A stretch of DNA of 64,000 bases, taken from an uncultured Nitrososphaerota archaeon (lineage in GTDB: Archaea; Thermoproteota; Nitrososphaeria; Conexivisphaerales; DTJL01). Made by a program: the position numbers and the translations under genes. Below the pieces are notes generated by a model that saw only the letters and a program-made list of their open reading frames with translations, searched no databases and was not told the DNA's origin. Below, one piece after another: positions 17,215 to 27,843 of the stretch (its first letter is position 1; each line of letters begins with the position of its first letter). The stretch is from assembly GCA_963842885.1 (NCBI GenBank), contig CAWJIE010000005.1:448001-512000 (forward strand). Direction: 5' to 3'.

Positions 17215-18845
17215 TCAGCGCCTCCGCTTCTTGTCCTTTTTCACCAGTGTTCGATCTTCGCCATCCAGGGGCTTGACGTCGATCCTCATGCCCAGAGACT
17301 CCTCGAGGCTCATTATGTTCTCCCCCTTCCTCCCGATGAGCCTAGGGATGGTCTCCCGGCCCACCCTGACGACGACCTTGTTGCCAGATAGCAGGTCGAC
17401 TTCTGCGTTGGGGTCGTACTCCTTCATCCTCGAAGCTATCTTGTCGAGGGCGAGCTTCTCCACGCCGGACGCCCTTTTCTTGGCGCCCTCGTCTTGGGTG
17501 ATGGGGACTATCACGTTCTCTTCGCCGAAGGTGTATATTTCATGCGTGAGCCTCCCCGTTTCAAAGTCCCTGACCTCGACCAGGGGCCTGGCCAGGTCCT
17601 CCTCCACCATGCCCGTCGGGGTCCTGACGACAAGGTTCAGATCCAGTACGGCTTGGATCTTCCCGGCCTTGACGAAGATGATCGTGTCGATGATGTGAGG
17701 TATCATCCCGAGCTCCACGCGTCCAATGAAGCGCTGGACTGCGTCGACGGGCCCGCTGGCGTGGACCACCCCCACCATGCCCACCCCCGCCAGCCTCATG
17801 TCGGCGAAAACGGTGAAGTCGGAGGTCTTCCTCACTTCGTCATATATCGTGAAGTCGGGCCGGACGAGCAAGAGGATCTCCGCGGACTTCTCAAACTCGC
17901 CCTCCAGGGCGCCATACTGGGTGATAGCCGGTGGCACCTGAAGGTCCCTCGGGGACTCGAACGTCTTGACGATCTTCCCCTGCCTCATGTAGTACTCCGC
18001 GATACTCGAAGCCAATGTGCTCTTGCCGGACCCAGGGGGCCCTGCGATGATGACGCCTTCGGCCTTGTGGGCGAGCCTCTCCATGAGCTTCTCGGAGAGA
18101 TTGTAGTCCTCCAGCGTAAGCTTCACTATGGGTCGGACGATCGTTATCTCCACACCGTCGCTGAAGGGGGGCCTCGCCACCGCAATCCTGAAGTTCCCCA
18201 GCTGAGTAGACGCTGGCCCCGCTCATCTTGAGTTCCTGGAAGGCGTCCCTGCTGACCCTGGAGGCCTCATGTATCTCGGTCTCAATCTCCTCCAGCTCCT
18301 CCCTGGTGAGGGGCTTCTCCCCTATCTTCACCAGCTCAAAGGCCCCTGGCCCGCCTCTCTTTGCCATGGGCACGACGTCCTCCTTCAGATGGACGCTGAG
18401 GGTCTTGGAGTCGAAATAGCTCTCGAACTTCAGGTCCTTGGTCTTTATTGCCGGGCCGGAGATGCTTCACCTTCACTCCCTCGGCCTCGGCCGTCAGATA
18501 GAGGACGTAGTCGGCGGTGTAAAGGGTCCCGTTCACTTCACGGGCGACGTCCCGGATCATCCCGTCAATCCTTCCCTTCTTCGCCAACCTGATGTCGTCG
18601 AAGGAGGGCTTGGGACCGTAGAAGTAGAGCCTGTAGCCCTTTGACTCGCAGAAAAGGCGGATCTTCTTGAGCTCTGCCAGACCTATGAAACCCACGTTCA
18701 CGTTTCTTGAAGCCTGTGCTTGAAGTTCGTCGAGGGCGGCGTAAGGGACGCAGACTTCGACGTCCTTTATCTCTCCGCTCTCAAGCGAGCGCCAGAAAAT
18801 ACCATCTATGATGGCGCTCGTATCCAGTACGGCAGTATCTGTCAT
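17215..18845 (-). CDS. PINA-type PIN-domain ATPase with C-terminal KH domain, split by two frameshifts
   Basis: Pieces: PIN (VLDTSAIIDG, YTAD), middle (PMAKRGGPG), ATPase (GPPGSGKST, ESPRDL, DEVR) and KH (LIGRKGENI). Confidence 0.9.
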
Positions 18846-19069
18846 ATGTTTTCTTCAAGTCTGACGTGAAAGTTCTGTGTATAATACCTTTCTGTCCGCT
18901 TTAGGACTCTGGTCCTCTTTCAGCCCCGTTCACTCTTAGGTGTGGCCTGCGGAAGGAGGCAGGCCAGTAAGGTCGTCAGGAGGTACGCCTTGGAATCCGA
19001 GAAAGTCATCGAAATGGAGGAATCTGAAATCAGATTGGCGCTCGAAGCGACATGCATCCTTGCTTGGAA

Positions 19070-19969
19070 CTAGAGGCCGATGATTACGTCCAAGGCTAGC
19101 ACGCTGAACAGGAGGGCGAGGTAGGGGCCGGTGAACTTGAACAGGTCCCAGGCCATCTTCTCGGTGGGCTCCTTGATGAGCCAAAGGCTCATAGCCAGAA
19201 GAACGATGCTGAGCACCGAACCCACGACGGCAGCGGATACACCGAACGGAGAACCCGGGAGGAATGGAAGGATGGCCGTGAACGCGGCAAGGAGGATTGA
19301 CGTGTACGCTATGCAGCGTATTCCGGTCTTGACACCGAGGGACACGGGGAGCATGGGTATGTCGGCCCTGCCGTAGTCGTCCTTGAACCTGACGGCGAGG
19401 CTCCAGATGTGCACTGGAGTCCACAGGACCACCAGGGCCGCCAGGACAATCGACGTCCAGTCGACGAACCCTTTGATGGCGACGTACCCCACGAAGGCTG
19501 GAATCCCGCCGCTTGGAGCCCCAAGGATGATGTTCCAGGCGGTCTTCCTCTTCGTTAGGAGGTTGTAGACAACGATGTTGTCGATGAGTCCCAATCCGAG
19601 GTAGACCGGGAGGAGCGCGCCCATGGGAAATGAGAGGACCAGTCCGGCGACGATGAGCCCACCGCCGTATACCAGAGCGTTTCTGGCCGGCATGGTGTTC
19701 CTCGGAAGCGGGCGCTGCTGGGTCCTGTGCATCAAGGCGTCGATATCCCTGTCAATGAAGTTCGTGACCGAACGGGCGCCGGCTGAGCAGAGTGCCGTCG
19801 CAAGGGTGATGGCCACGACCTGCAGGGGCTTGTTCATTCCACCCGCTACCAGGGCAGACGTCGCCGCAGTGAAGGCGAGCAGGTAGACGATGTTCGGATT
19901 TGTGAGCTGTACGTAGTCGCGAATCAAGCCTTGGCCTCCAGAAGGGTCGTCCCAAGAACTATGTGCCAT
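19070..19969 (-). CDS. cyoE: Protoheme IX farnesyltransferase (heme O synthase)
   Basis: N-x2-DRDID-x2-M-x-RT-x2-RPLP, LWTP-x-H-x-W-x-L, DY-x2-A-x2-PMLP. Confidence 0.93.
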   Translation of the reverse strand: MAHSSWDDPSGGQGLIRDYVQLTNPNIVYLLAFTAATSALVAGGMNKPLQVVAITLATALCSAGARSVTNFIDRDIDALMHRTQQRPLPRNTMPARNALVYGGGLIVAGLVLSFPMGALLPVYLGLGLIDNIVVYNLLTKRKTAWNIILGAPSGGIPAFVGYVAIKGFVDWTSIVLAALVVLWTPVHIWSLAVRFKDDYGRADIPMLPVSLGVKTGIRCIAYTSILLAAFTAILPFLPGSPFGVSAAVVGSVLSIVLLAMSLWLIKEPTEKMAWDLFKFTGPYLALLFSVLALDVIIGL

Positions 19970-20157
19970 TCTATATAACAATTGTGAACGACTATGCTCC
20001 TGTTCGTCGAGCTTCCGAATCCGAATGACTTCCGAGAGGGTATTCCGCGGTCTGGGGAACCATGGTGCATTGCACTTCAAATACGCCGACGCAGCGGGAG
20101 ATTCCTCCGACTTGGGAAGGGAAAAACTATATGGCGACCCCCACTTTCTGTCACTAC

Positions 20158-20213
20158 GGCGATGAAGCGAGCTGGTATTTCTGACCCATGATGAATGACA
20201 TCAGTGCTGAGCC
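20158..20213 (+). ncRNA. Box C/D guide sRNA (2'-O-methylation)
   Basis: GGC stem, C-like GATGAAG, guide, D' CTGA (20181), C' ATGATGA (20188), 12-nt guide, D CTGA (20207), GCC stem. BRE/TATA-like GAAAAACTATAT at 20121-20132. Confidence 0.7.
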
Positions 20214-20410
20214 AATCAACGCCCTCGTTCCAAAGCATAAATGACACATAGGGAGGATATTTTCGTTTGCGGCTGTTTCAATCAGTGGCATTGGGCCTGA
20301 TGCTCGCCACATCATTCGGCCTCTTGTAGGTCCTTACTGCGATGATGGCAATCTCGACGGCTCTCCTCATCACCTATGGGGCACGGATCATCAACCTGTT
20401 CTTGGCCTGA

Positions 20411-21487
20411 TTGTGGGATTCACAGGGTTTTTCTAGGGCGCTGGTTCCCGGACAGGGCAGGAGCGGTGAGGCGAAGCTGAAGGTCGTTCGTCTTTGGTCG
20501 AGCCCCGAGCCCGAAAGGCTCATCGGACTGGCCATGCGTAGATGCTATACGACGAAGGTCTGGGAGGAGCTGCTGCAGGATGTCCAGACCGCCGGCTATC
20601 CAGAGTACCTCACCGAAAGTGCATTCAGACGGCTTGAGTTCGACGTATACGAGCATGTGAGAATGCTGTTCACCGTCCTCGCTGTCCCATCCGAGATGCT
20701 CTCCCTGCTCCAGACGCACCCTCAAGTCGTCTCCAGCAAGCTCTCCGAAGGTAGCTTCCTCGTCAGCATGAACCTCCGGACTCTTACCGAGATGAGCCGA
20801 AAGCTGAACTGCGTCGGTTGGGAGTGTGGGGAATTCTCGCGGCTCCTCGCCGAAGTCTCCCCCACGGTTTCCGCCTGCTTGAAGTTCGACGGTAAGGAGA
20901 GGCGATCCGAAGGCGAGAAGCCAGGCAGCACTGGCACTTCAGAGGCGGACTTCAGGGTAATCCTTGTTCAGCAGCTGACCCAGGCAGATGTGGGGGAGCT
21001 TGCAAGAGCGGACTTGCCACCCAAGGAGCTGGTCAAACACGCCTTTGCCACGGTCGAGGTGGAAGGGATCTCCAGGGCATGCTCCCATCAGCTGGTTCGC
21101 CACAGGCTCTTCAGCTACTCCCAGGAAAGCCAGCGCTTCTCCGACGCCGTGAACGAGACAGGGGTCCTCCCTCCCAGCCTTTCGGCAGACGACCGGGCTT
21201 TGGCCATCTTCAGCCAGCACATGGAGGCCAGTCGCAGGGCTTACTCAAAGTTGAGAGAACTGGGGATAAAGAAGGAGGACGCCAGGTTCGTCCTTCCGAC
21301 CGCGCTCAAGACGAAGATATTGATGACGGCCTCCCTTTACGAGATACTCCACGCGTCCTTCTACCGCAGCAGCTTCAGCGAGGTAGGTAACAAGGCCCAG
21401 TGGGAGATCAACCGGCTATTTACGAGCCTCTACGCCGAGCTGAGGAGACGGGACCCGGGGCTCCCTGAAAGGATTTCTGAGACGTAA
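20411..21487 (+). CDS. thyX: FAD-dependent thymidylate synthase ThyX (duplicated-domain form)
   Basis: ISRACSHQLVRHR-x2-SYSQESQR, EDARFVLP, KAQWEI; degenerate ThyX-like N-terminal half (YEH, MNLRT). Confidence 0.88.
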   Translation: MWDSQGFSRALVPGQGRSGEAKLKVVRLWSSPEPERLIGLAMRRCYTTKVWEELLQDVQTAGYPEYLTESAFRRLEFDVYEHVRMLFTVLAVPSEMLSLLQTHPQVVSSKLSEGSFLVSMNLRTLTEMSRKLNCVGWECGEFSRLLAEVSPTVSACLKFDGKERRSEGEKPGSTGTSEADFRVILVQQLTQADVGELARADLPPKELVKHAFATVEVEGISRACSHQLVRHRLFSYSQESQRFSDAVNETGVLPPSLSADDRALAIFSQHMEASRRAYSKLRELGIKKEDARFVLPTALKTKILMTASLYEILHASFYRSSFSEVGNKAQWEINRLFTSLYAELRRRDPGLPERISET

Positions 21488-21529
21488 CCACGGAGCTAGT
21501 ATAGATCAATAGGTGCAAAGGTCAAGGAT

Positions 21530-21555
21530 TATCTTACTCGATATCGAGTAAGATA
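21530..21555. repeat. Perfect 26-bp palindrome TATCTTACTCGATATCGAGTAAGATA
   Basis: Read directly; lies between convergent thyX and THUMP genes. Confidence 0.85.
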
Positions 21556-21693
21556 CGGGTAGAAATTTGGACCGAGAGTGATTTCTCCCAGCTGGTGGAC
21601 GCAAGCGGGCTCATGATTGTCTTCGGCAAGGCGTGCCACATCCACAGGTTTTAGTCGCCAGTCAAGAGCCCTCCCGAAGAATGAGCACCAGGC

Positions 21694-22848
21694 TCAGCGA
21701 CCGCCCAAAGTAAAGGCCACGCCCTCCACCCACAGGTGGCTGTGAAGGGTCCGGGCCACGCCTTCCTGTCTTATCGCCTTTCGCCCAAGGAGACGCTTCA
21801 GCTCGTCGAAGTCCGAAGTCACCACGACCGCCCTTCCCCCCTCCTTGAGCACGTTCGGGAGGTTGTCGACGAACCTGGCATAGAGGAGCGCCATCCGGTT
21901 CAGCTTGGCACCCCTCACGCCGAAGGGAGGGTTGGTCACGATGACATCGGCCTTGTGCGGCAGGACGGTCTTCGTGCAGTCGCCGAGGACCACGCTCACA
22001 TCCCGGAGGCCGGCGGCCTCCAGGTTCCTCCTGCATCCCTTAAGGTGGACGGAGTTGATCTCAGAGCCCAGTATGGAGCTGAACCCCGGCATCACCGGCT
22101 TCGCAGGGGCGGCGGCCTCCTCGGCCATCGGGTCGAAGTCAACAAAACCTCTGTACCTATAGTCTCTCTTCCCATGGGTCGGCTGCGACTTGGACATCTG
22201 CGCCGCTTCGATGAGGATGGTTCCTCCTCCACAGAACGGGTCGTAGAGGATCCCTCCCCTGGGTTTGGCCATGAGAAGGAGCGAAGCGGCCAGCGTTGGT
22301 CGGATGCCTGAAGGGTGGTTGTACACCCTGTATTCCCTGAAGTTCAGAGACTCCCCCGTCGTGTCAGCATAGAGCGAAGCCGTCTCACCCTCGACGCACA
22401 GGTACAGGTGGGCGTCGGACCTCCCCCTTGCCAGCCTCGCGCCGCCCCGCGAACCGAACGCTCTGGGAAGGAAGGATGAAAGCTGGGTGATCCAGCGGGA
22501 ACGGACCCTGGTGACGAATTCGTCGGCATCCAACGTGACCCCGGAGACGTGCCCAAGCAGGCCGAAGTCGCATCCGGAAAGGAGCTCGCCGACGACGTCA
22601 GCCTCTCGCTGAGGCTGGAGCTGGCGATCTGGACCATGACGCGGTCGAAGGTCCTCCCAAATCGGTTCAGAGTGTAGATGAGCTCGAACGGGCCGTTGAG
22701 CGTGATGGAGCCGCTGCCCTTCCCCTCGACACGTTCCACCAAGGGAGACGAGCTCGTCGGCGCAGAACGCTTCGAATCCTTCGTGACAGGAGACTCTGAA
22801 CCGCAACCTCGGATTGAGCGTCGAATCCCTCGTCTTAAAAACTTGCAA
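21694..22848 (-). CDS. THUMP-domain tRNA/RNA methyltransferase (Trm14-like), local frameshifts
   Basis: DTTGESL-x2-R-x-YR, DPFCGGGTILIEAA, VTNPPFG. The N-terminal THUMP segment alternates between frames. Confidence 0.85.
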   Translation of the reverse strand: MQVFKTRDSTLNPRLRFRVSCHEGFEAFCADELVSLGGTCRGEGQRLHHAQRPVRAHLHSEPIWEDLRPRHGPDRQLQPQREADVVGELLSGCDFGLLGHVSGVTLDADEFVTRVRSRWITQLSSFLPRAFGSRGGARLARGRSDAHLYLCVEGETASLYADTTGESLNFREYRVYNHPSGIRPTLAASLLLMAKPRGGILYDPFCGGGTILIEAAQMSKSQPTHGKRDYRYRGFVDFDPMAEEAAAPAKPVMPGFSSILGSEINSVHLKGCRRNLEAAGLRDVSVVLGDCTKTVLPHKADVIVTNPPFGVRGAKLNRMALLYARFVDNLPNVLKEGGRAVVVTSDFDELKRLLGRKAIRQEGVARTLHSHLWVEGVAFTLGGR

Positions 22849-22952
22849 AGGCCGACCACCGCTTCACAGTACTGCTCCAGCGGCCAAGCTCCTCGTTAAG
22901 GAGCATCAGCCTTAAATATGGAAATTACCACTTCCTGCGCAGGTATTTGCAA

Positions 22953-23384
22953 ATGGCTCGCGCAGTCGACTATAAGCCGAAGCCCATCGACCAAGACTTC
23001 CTCAAGAAACCGGAGGAATTCCCTGTGACCGGCGAGCATGCCGGCCACAAGATCAGGGCCGAAGGCAAGGAAAGGCTGGACAACGAAGGCAAGCCCAATC
23101 CGACGCGCCTGGGAATCCACGGCACCGCCGTTGGCGTAGATTGGGAGGCCTGCGTAGCCGATGGAGCCTGCATGGACGTTTGCCCAGTGAACGTGTTCGA
23201 GTGGCTTCTCGCCCCCGGCAAATCGGGAACGGGCAACGACAAGCTTGTGGAGCAGGGGAGCGACGAGTACAACAAGTACAGAACGGACAAGTGCGACCCC
23301 ATAAGAGAGGCCGACTGCATCTTCTGTCACGCGTGCGAGACTGCATGCCCCACTGCAGCCATCAAGATCACCGAAGCGTCGTAA
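22953..23384 (+). CDS. zfx: Zinc-containing ferredoxin (Thermoplasma/Sulfolobus type)
   Basis: GEHAGH and LGIHGT zinc ligands, C-x2-D-x2-C-x3-CP and C-x2-C-x2-C-x3-CP. Confidence 0.9.
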   Translation: MARAVDYKPKPIDQDFLKKPEEFPVTGEHAGHKIRAEGKERLDNEGKPNPTRLGIHGTAVGVDWEACVADGACMDVCPVNVFEWLLAPGKSGTGNDKLVEQGSDEYNKYRTDKCDPIREADCIFCHACETACPTAAIKITEAS

Positions 23385-23492
23385 GCTCGCCGAAATGTCC
23401 TCTTCCGTCGGTCGTAGCGTGAGCTTTTCCCTCTCCGACGTCGCGCCAAAGCTTATAGAACAGGATGCTCGCGCACGGTTCGAGTATAGAAT

Positions 23493-24003
23493 TTGGACGC
23501 CCTTGAAGCCGTTCTAAGCCGAATAGAGGTCAGGGACTTCGCACCCACTCCCGTGCCGCGCGATGTACAAATCAAGGTCCTCGAGGCGGCAAGGATGGCC
23601 CCCAGTGCCTACAACAAACAACTGTGGCACTTCATCCTCATCGACGACAGGAAACTCCTGACCGACTTGGGGAAGATTTCGACCACAGGGCCCTACATCA
23701 AGGACGCCGCGTTCGCCGTTGCTGTGCTCGTCGACAAGACGTATCCGCAGTCTAGCATGGACTCCGATAAGATGCATCCAGGGCATGATGATCGCCGCAT
23801 GGGGGTTAGGTCTGGGGTAATGCTATGTTGGGGGCATCGACAGAGAGAAAGCCAAGGAGATATTGAAGGCGCCAGCGAAGCTTTACGTCGCCTCCATCAT
23901 CCCGTTCGGATACCCGGCGAAGGCTCTAGAAGGGAAGAAGAGCAGAAAACCTCTGTCGGAGGTAGCGTCCCTCAACACCTACGGTAACAAGATCCTTCAC
24001 TAG
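23493..24003 (+). CDS. Nitroreductase family protein, frameshifted
   Basis: R-x3-R-x-F, APSAYNKQ-x-W-x-F. C-terminal GLGS / IPFGYP / RKPLSEV continue in other frames. Confidence 0.85.
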
Positions 24004-24364
24004 TCGTTTCAGAACATCCGATAAGCGTCGCCATGCGGCCAAACCGAGCCCATCTGAGCACTTTTCGGTACGGAATGCGTCCACCGAGGGACCGTTGGGA
24101 CTGGCGGTGAAGAACTATCCACTCTGGACGAGCCGGCAGGAATTATCCATTCTAGGAAACCAAGAAGAACCCCGTTCAATAATTTGACTGAGTCAATATC
24201 GCACGGATTGTGCTCAACACCCAAAGAGTCTCCATTACCTGCCAGGGGCTACTGCACGCATGGTTCCCCGCTAAGCCTGAACTCAGGGAAGTTGTCCACT
24301 GTGCAACAACACCGCCGGCATCGCCAACTGATGTTTTAATACTAGGCGAATCGTCTTTCGACTC

Positions 24365-24895
24365 ATGCCCATCGTCGAATTCCAGCATCGTAAGCCCATC
24401 CTGAGCAGAGACTGCTGGGTCGCTCATTCCGCGCTGCTGATTGGCGACGTGTCTCTCGCTTCAGGGAGCAGCGTCTGGTTCAACGCGGTCCTTCGCGGGG
24501 ACAACGCCTCGATAAAGGTCGGCAACGACAGCAACATCCAAGAAGGGGTGGTCGTCCATCCTGACCGGAGTGCGGCCTTCATAGGCCAGAGGGTCACTGT
24601 CGGCCATCACGCCTCCCTGGAGGGGGTCTACATCGACGACGAAGTCCTCATAGGGATTGGTGCCCTGGTCCTGGAGGACACAAGGGTGGGGAAAGGCAGC
24701 CTTGTCGCCGCCGGAAGCGTGGTTCCGTCAGGCCTCTCCATTCCGCCAGGTAGCCTCGTGATGGGCAACCCGGCGAGGATTGTCGGTGAGGTGGAGCCGA
24801 AACACCTCAAGCTCATCCAGGAAGGCTGGCATCATTACACCGAGCTTAAGGAGGAATACAGACAGATCCCCTCCTTCGACATCAAGAAGACATAG
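24365..24895 (+). CDS. Gamma-carbonic anhydrase family protein
   Basis: IGDV, SVWFNAVLRGD, SNIQE-x4-H, TVGH hexapeptide repeats. Confidence 0.92.
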   Translation: MPIVEFQHRKPILSRDCWVAHSALLIGDVSLASGSSVWFNAVLRGDNASIKVGNDSNIQEGVVVHPDRSAAFIGQRVTVGHHASLEGVYIDDEVLIGIGALVLEDTRVGKGSLVAAGSVVPSGLSIPPGSLVMGNPARIVGEVEPKHLKLIQEGWHHYTELKEEYRQIPSFDIKKT

Positions 24896-24966
24896 GCGGT
24901 GACGCAATGAGAGCGTCATGCCCCAATCGACTTATACCCGCTGACGGTTGCCCCCAGTAGGCTGAA

Positions 24967-27843
24967 TTGAGCACTAAGCGCGGCGTCGAAGGGGTATTCA
25001 GGAGCTTCACTCCGGCGATAGTGGAGCTGCTCATAGAGGGGAACATCCTGAAGCCCACGCCGCCTCAGGTGGAGGCCATCCCCCTGATCTCCTCTGGCAG
25101 GAACACTTTGGTCGTCTCCCCAACGGGATCCGGCAAGACGGAGGCCGCCATCCTCCCCATCCTGGATATAATGGTGAGGGGCTCGGTGCAGTCGAAACGG
25201 GGGGTCCTCCTCCTCTTCATCACCCCGCTGAGGGCTCTCAACCGTGACCTCCTCGACAGGATGACGCGCTGGTGCAAGACCCTCGACATTCGGCTGGCCG
25301 TAAGGCACGGAGACACGGAAACCGCGGAAAGGAGGACGCAGACCATGGCGCCCCCGCACGTCCTCATCACCACGCCGGAGACCCTGGAGGTCCTCCTCGT
25401 CGCTAAGGTATTCAGGGAGCACCTTAGGAGCCTGCGTTGGGTCGTGGTGGACGAAATACACGAGCTCGCCACCGACAAGCGGGGCACGCAGCTGGCCGTC
25501 GCCCTGGAGCGCCTAAGAAGGCTCACGGATGCGGACTTCCAGCGCATCGGATTGTCCGCCACCGTCGGCGATCCCGAGAAGGTCGCCAACTTCCTTGTGG
25601 GCCCAGGTAGGGAATGCTCCGTCGTCAAGACGCCGGTGGCCAAGCTTTTCAAGTTCGAGGTCCTCTACCCGGAGGCGAGCAAACAGGACTCGGCCATGGC
25701 TGACAAGATGATGAGCCACCCGGACGTGACCGCCAGGCTGAGGACCATGCTGCGCCTCATCGAAGAAGGGCCCCTCCTCATCTTCACCAACACCAGGACC
25801 GAAGCTGAAATCCTGACAAGCCGGCTCAGGCAGTGGAGTCCCCGCATAGCGATAGCCGTCCACCACGGGAGCCTCTCTCGGGCCTCCAGGTCAAAGGCTG
25901 AAGAGGACCTGAAGTCGGGCCGATTAAAGGCCGTTGTATGCACCAGCAGCCTCGAGCTGGGCATTGACGTGGGCCTGTTGAACCTCGTCATCCAATATAA
26001 CTCTCCGAGACAGGTCGTTCGGCTCATACAGCGTGCTGGGCGGAGCGGCCACACTCTGGAGAGGACCAGCAGGTGCGTAGTCATCTGCCAGGACGCCGAC
26101 GACGCCCTAGAGGCTGCGGTGGTAGGGAGGAGGGCGAAGGAGGAGCTTCTCGAAGAACCCGTCATCCCCATGCTGTGCAGCGACGTGCTGGTGCAGCAGC
26201 TCTCTGGCCTGCTCATCGAATCCGGCAGGCTGGAGACGAGCGATGCACTTTCCCTATTCAGGAGGAGCTTTCCATTCACCCAGCTGAACGAGCGCGACAT
26301 CAGGGAGGCCGTCGACTACATGGCGATGCTCAAGCCTCGTCTGGCAAGGGCTGCGGGGGATGACATCGCCCGACCTTCGGACAACCGCGGCCTTTTCACG
26401 TATTATTTCGACAACCTCACCATGATCCCTGAGCACCGGCAGTACCCCGTCATCACCGAAAAGAAGGAGGCGGTGGGGCTCCTCGACGAGGAGTTCGTGT
26501 CGGAGCACGGCGAGATAGGGAAGAAGTTCATCCTCAGGGGGAGCGTCTGGAGGATAAACCAGGTTTACAACTCCAAGGTCTTTGTCGAGGAAGACGACGA
26601 CCCGATGGGAGCCATCCCGAGCTGGGTGGGCGAAGAGATACCCGTGCCCACCGAGGTCGCAATGGAGGTCGGGAGCCTCAGGGGCCTGGCCCCGAGAGCC
26701 GAGTCGGAGGGGAAGCACCTCTCTGCGCTCTGCGAGGAGCTGGCCGCCCGGTACCCCATGAGGGAGGAGGGGTTCAAGAGATCCCTCTCCTCCGCCGTCC
26801 AGCAGCTGAAGATGGGTCTGGCTCTTCCGTCAGACTTCACGATCACGGTCGAACAGTGGAAGGAGCTCGTCATCATAGTGACCCACAGGGGGCTCAAGGC
26901 GAACAGGACGCTGGGTCGACTGCTTTCATACAGATGCTCTTCGGTCCTGGGGAAGCCCGTCAGCGTCAACCAGGACGCATACAGGATATTCCTGGAGGGC
27001 AAGACGCTCACCTGCGAATCCGTCAAGGACGCCCTCGGCTATCTGGCAGAGAGCGACCTCGTGTCCTATGTGACCGCCGCCTGCGAAGACACGGGCCTCT
27101 TCCGGAGGAGGTTTGTCCACGTCGCTCGTAAGATGGGCGTCCTCTCGAGAGACGCAGAGCTAACGAGCTCCCTGGTCAAGCAGCTCGTCGAGACCTACAA
27201 GGGCTCCCTCCCGTACAGAGAGGCCTGGAGGACCTTCCTCCAAGAGGACTTGGATTCGAGAGAGACCAGCGCCCTCCTCGCAGGGCTCGCCTCAGGCAGG
27301 ATCGCCGTCGAGCTGCTGGGCCGGCTGGCTGAGCCCAGCCCCATCGCCATGATAGGGCTCGAAGAGATGTCCCGCAAGGGCGAGGTGATGGATCCGGCAA
27401 AGATGAAGCGGCTCCTCCTCGAGTCGGCCAGGTCCAGGGTGCTCAACGGAAGGACCATCCTCGTCTGTCCCAACTGTTGGAACTACGTCGAAGAGAAGTA
27501 CGTCGTCGACCTTCCCGAAAGGATCTCCTGCCCCCTGTGCAAATCCGACAGGGTGGCATCGTCCTACCGCGAACTTGAAGAGATGCAGGACCTGGCCAGA
27601 AAGGTGCGGAGCCGCACGAGCCTCTCCAGAGGGACGCTGAGACACAAGAAGGAACTGGAGGGAAGCTCGCGCCTAAATTCGACCTTCGGATCCATGGGAG
27701 TAAAGGCCCAGGTCTTCAACGTCGCCCTCGCACGGCTGGCCGAGATGCTCGCCAGGGCCCCAGGGAACGAAGACGACCTCCTCCTCGCTCTGATGGAGGA
27801 GGAGAGGAAGACGTACTTGAAGCGCTTCGTGGGCTCTAGGTAG
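24967..27843 (+). CDS. lhr: Lhr-family SF2 helicase with C-terminal zinc finger
   Basis: PTGSGKTEAA, TTPETL, DEIHEL, HHGSLS, SSLELGIDVG, QRAGRSGH, IPSW-x-GE; CPNC...CPLC. Confidence 0.93.
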   Translation: MSTKRGVEGVFRSFTPAIVELLIEGNILKPTPPQVEAIPLISSGRNTLVVSPTGSGKTEAAILPILDIMVRGSVQSKRGVLLLFITPLRALNRDLLDRMTRWCKTLDIRLAVRHGDTETAERRTQTMAPPHVLITTPETLEVLLVAKVFREHLRSLRWVVVDEIHELATDKRGTQLAVALERLRRLTDADFQRIGLSATVGDPEKVANFLVGPGRECSVVKTPVAKLFKFEVLYPEASKQDSAMADKMMSHPDVTARLRTMLRLIEEGPLLIFTNTRTEAEILTSRLRQWSPRIAIAVHHGSLSRASRSKAEEDLKSGRLKAVVCTSSLELGIDVGLLNLVIQYNSPRQVVRLIQRAGRSGHTLERTSRCVVICQDADDALEAAVVGRRAKEELLEEPVIPMLCSDVLVQQLSGLLIESGRLETSDALSLFRRSFPFTQLNERDIREAVDYMAMLKPRLARAAGDDIARPSDNRGLFTYYFDNLTMIPEHRQYPVITEKKEAVGLLDEEFVSEHGEIGKKFILRGSVWRINQVYNSKVFVEEDDDPMGAIPSWVGEEIPVPTEVAMEVGSLRGLAPRAESEGKHLSALCEELAARYPMREEGFKRSLSSAVQQLKMGLALPSDFTITVEQWKELVIIVTHRGLKANRTLGRLLSYRCSSVLGKPVSVNQDAYRIFLEGKTLTCESVKDALGYLAESDLVSYVTAACEDTGLFRRRFVHVARKMGVLSRDAELTSSLVKQLVETYKGSLPYREAWRTFLQEDLDSRETSALLAGLASGRIAVELLGRLAEPSPIAMIGLEEMSRKGEVMDPAKMKRLLLESARSRVLNGRTILVCPNCWNYVEEKYVVDLPERISCPLCKSDRVASSYRELEEMQDLARKVRSRTSLSRGTLRHKKELEGSSRLNSTFGSMGVKAQVFNVALARLAEMLARAPGNEDDLLLALMEEERKTYLKRFVGSR

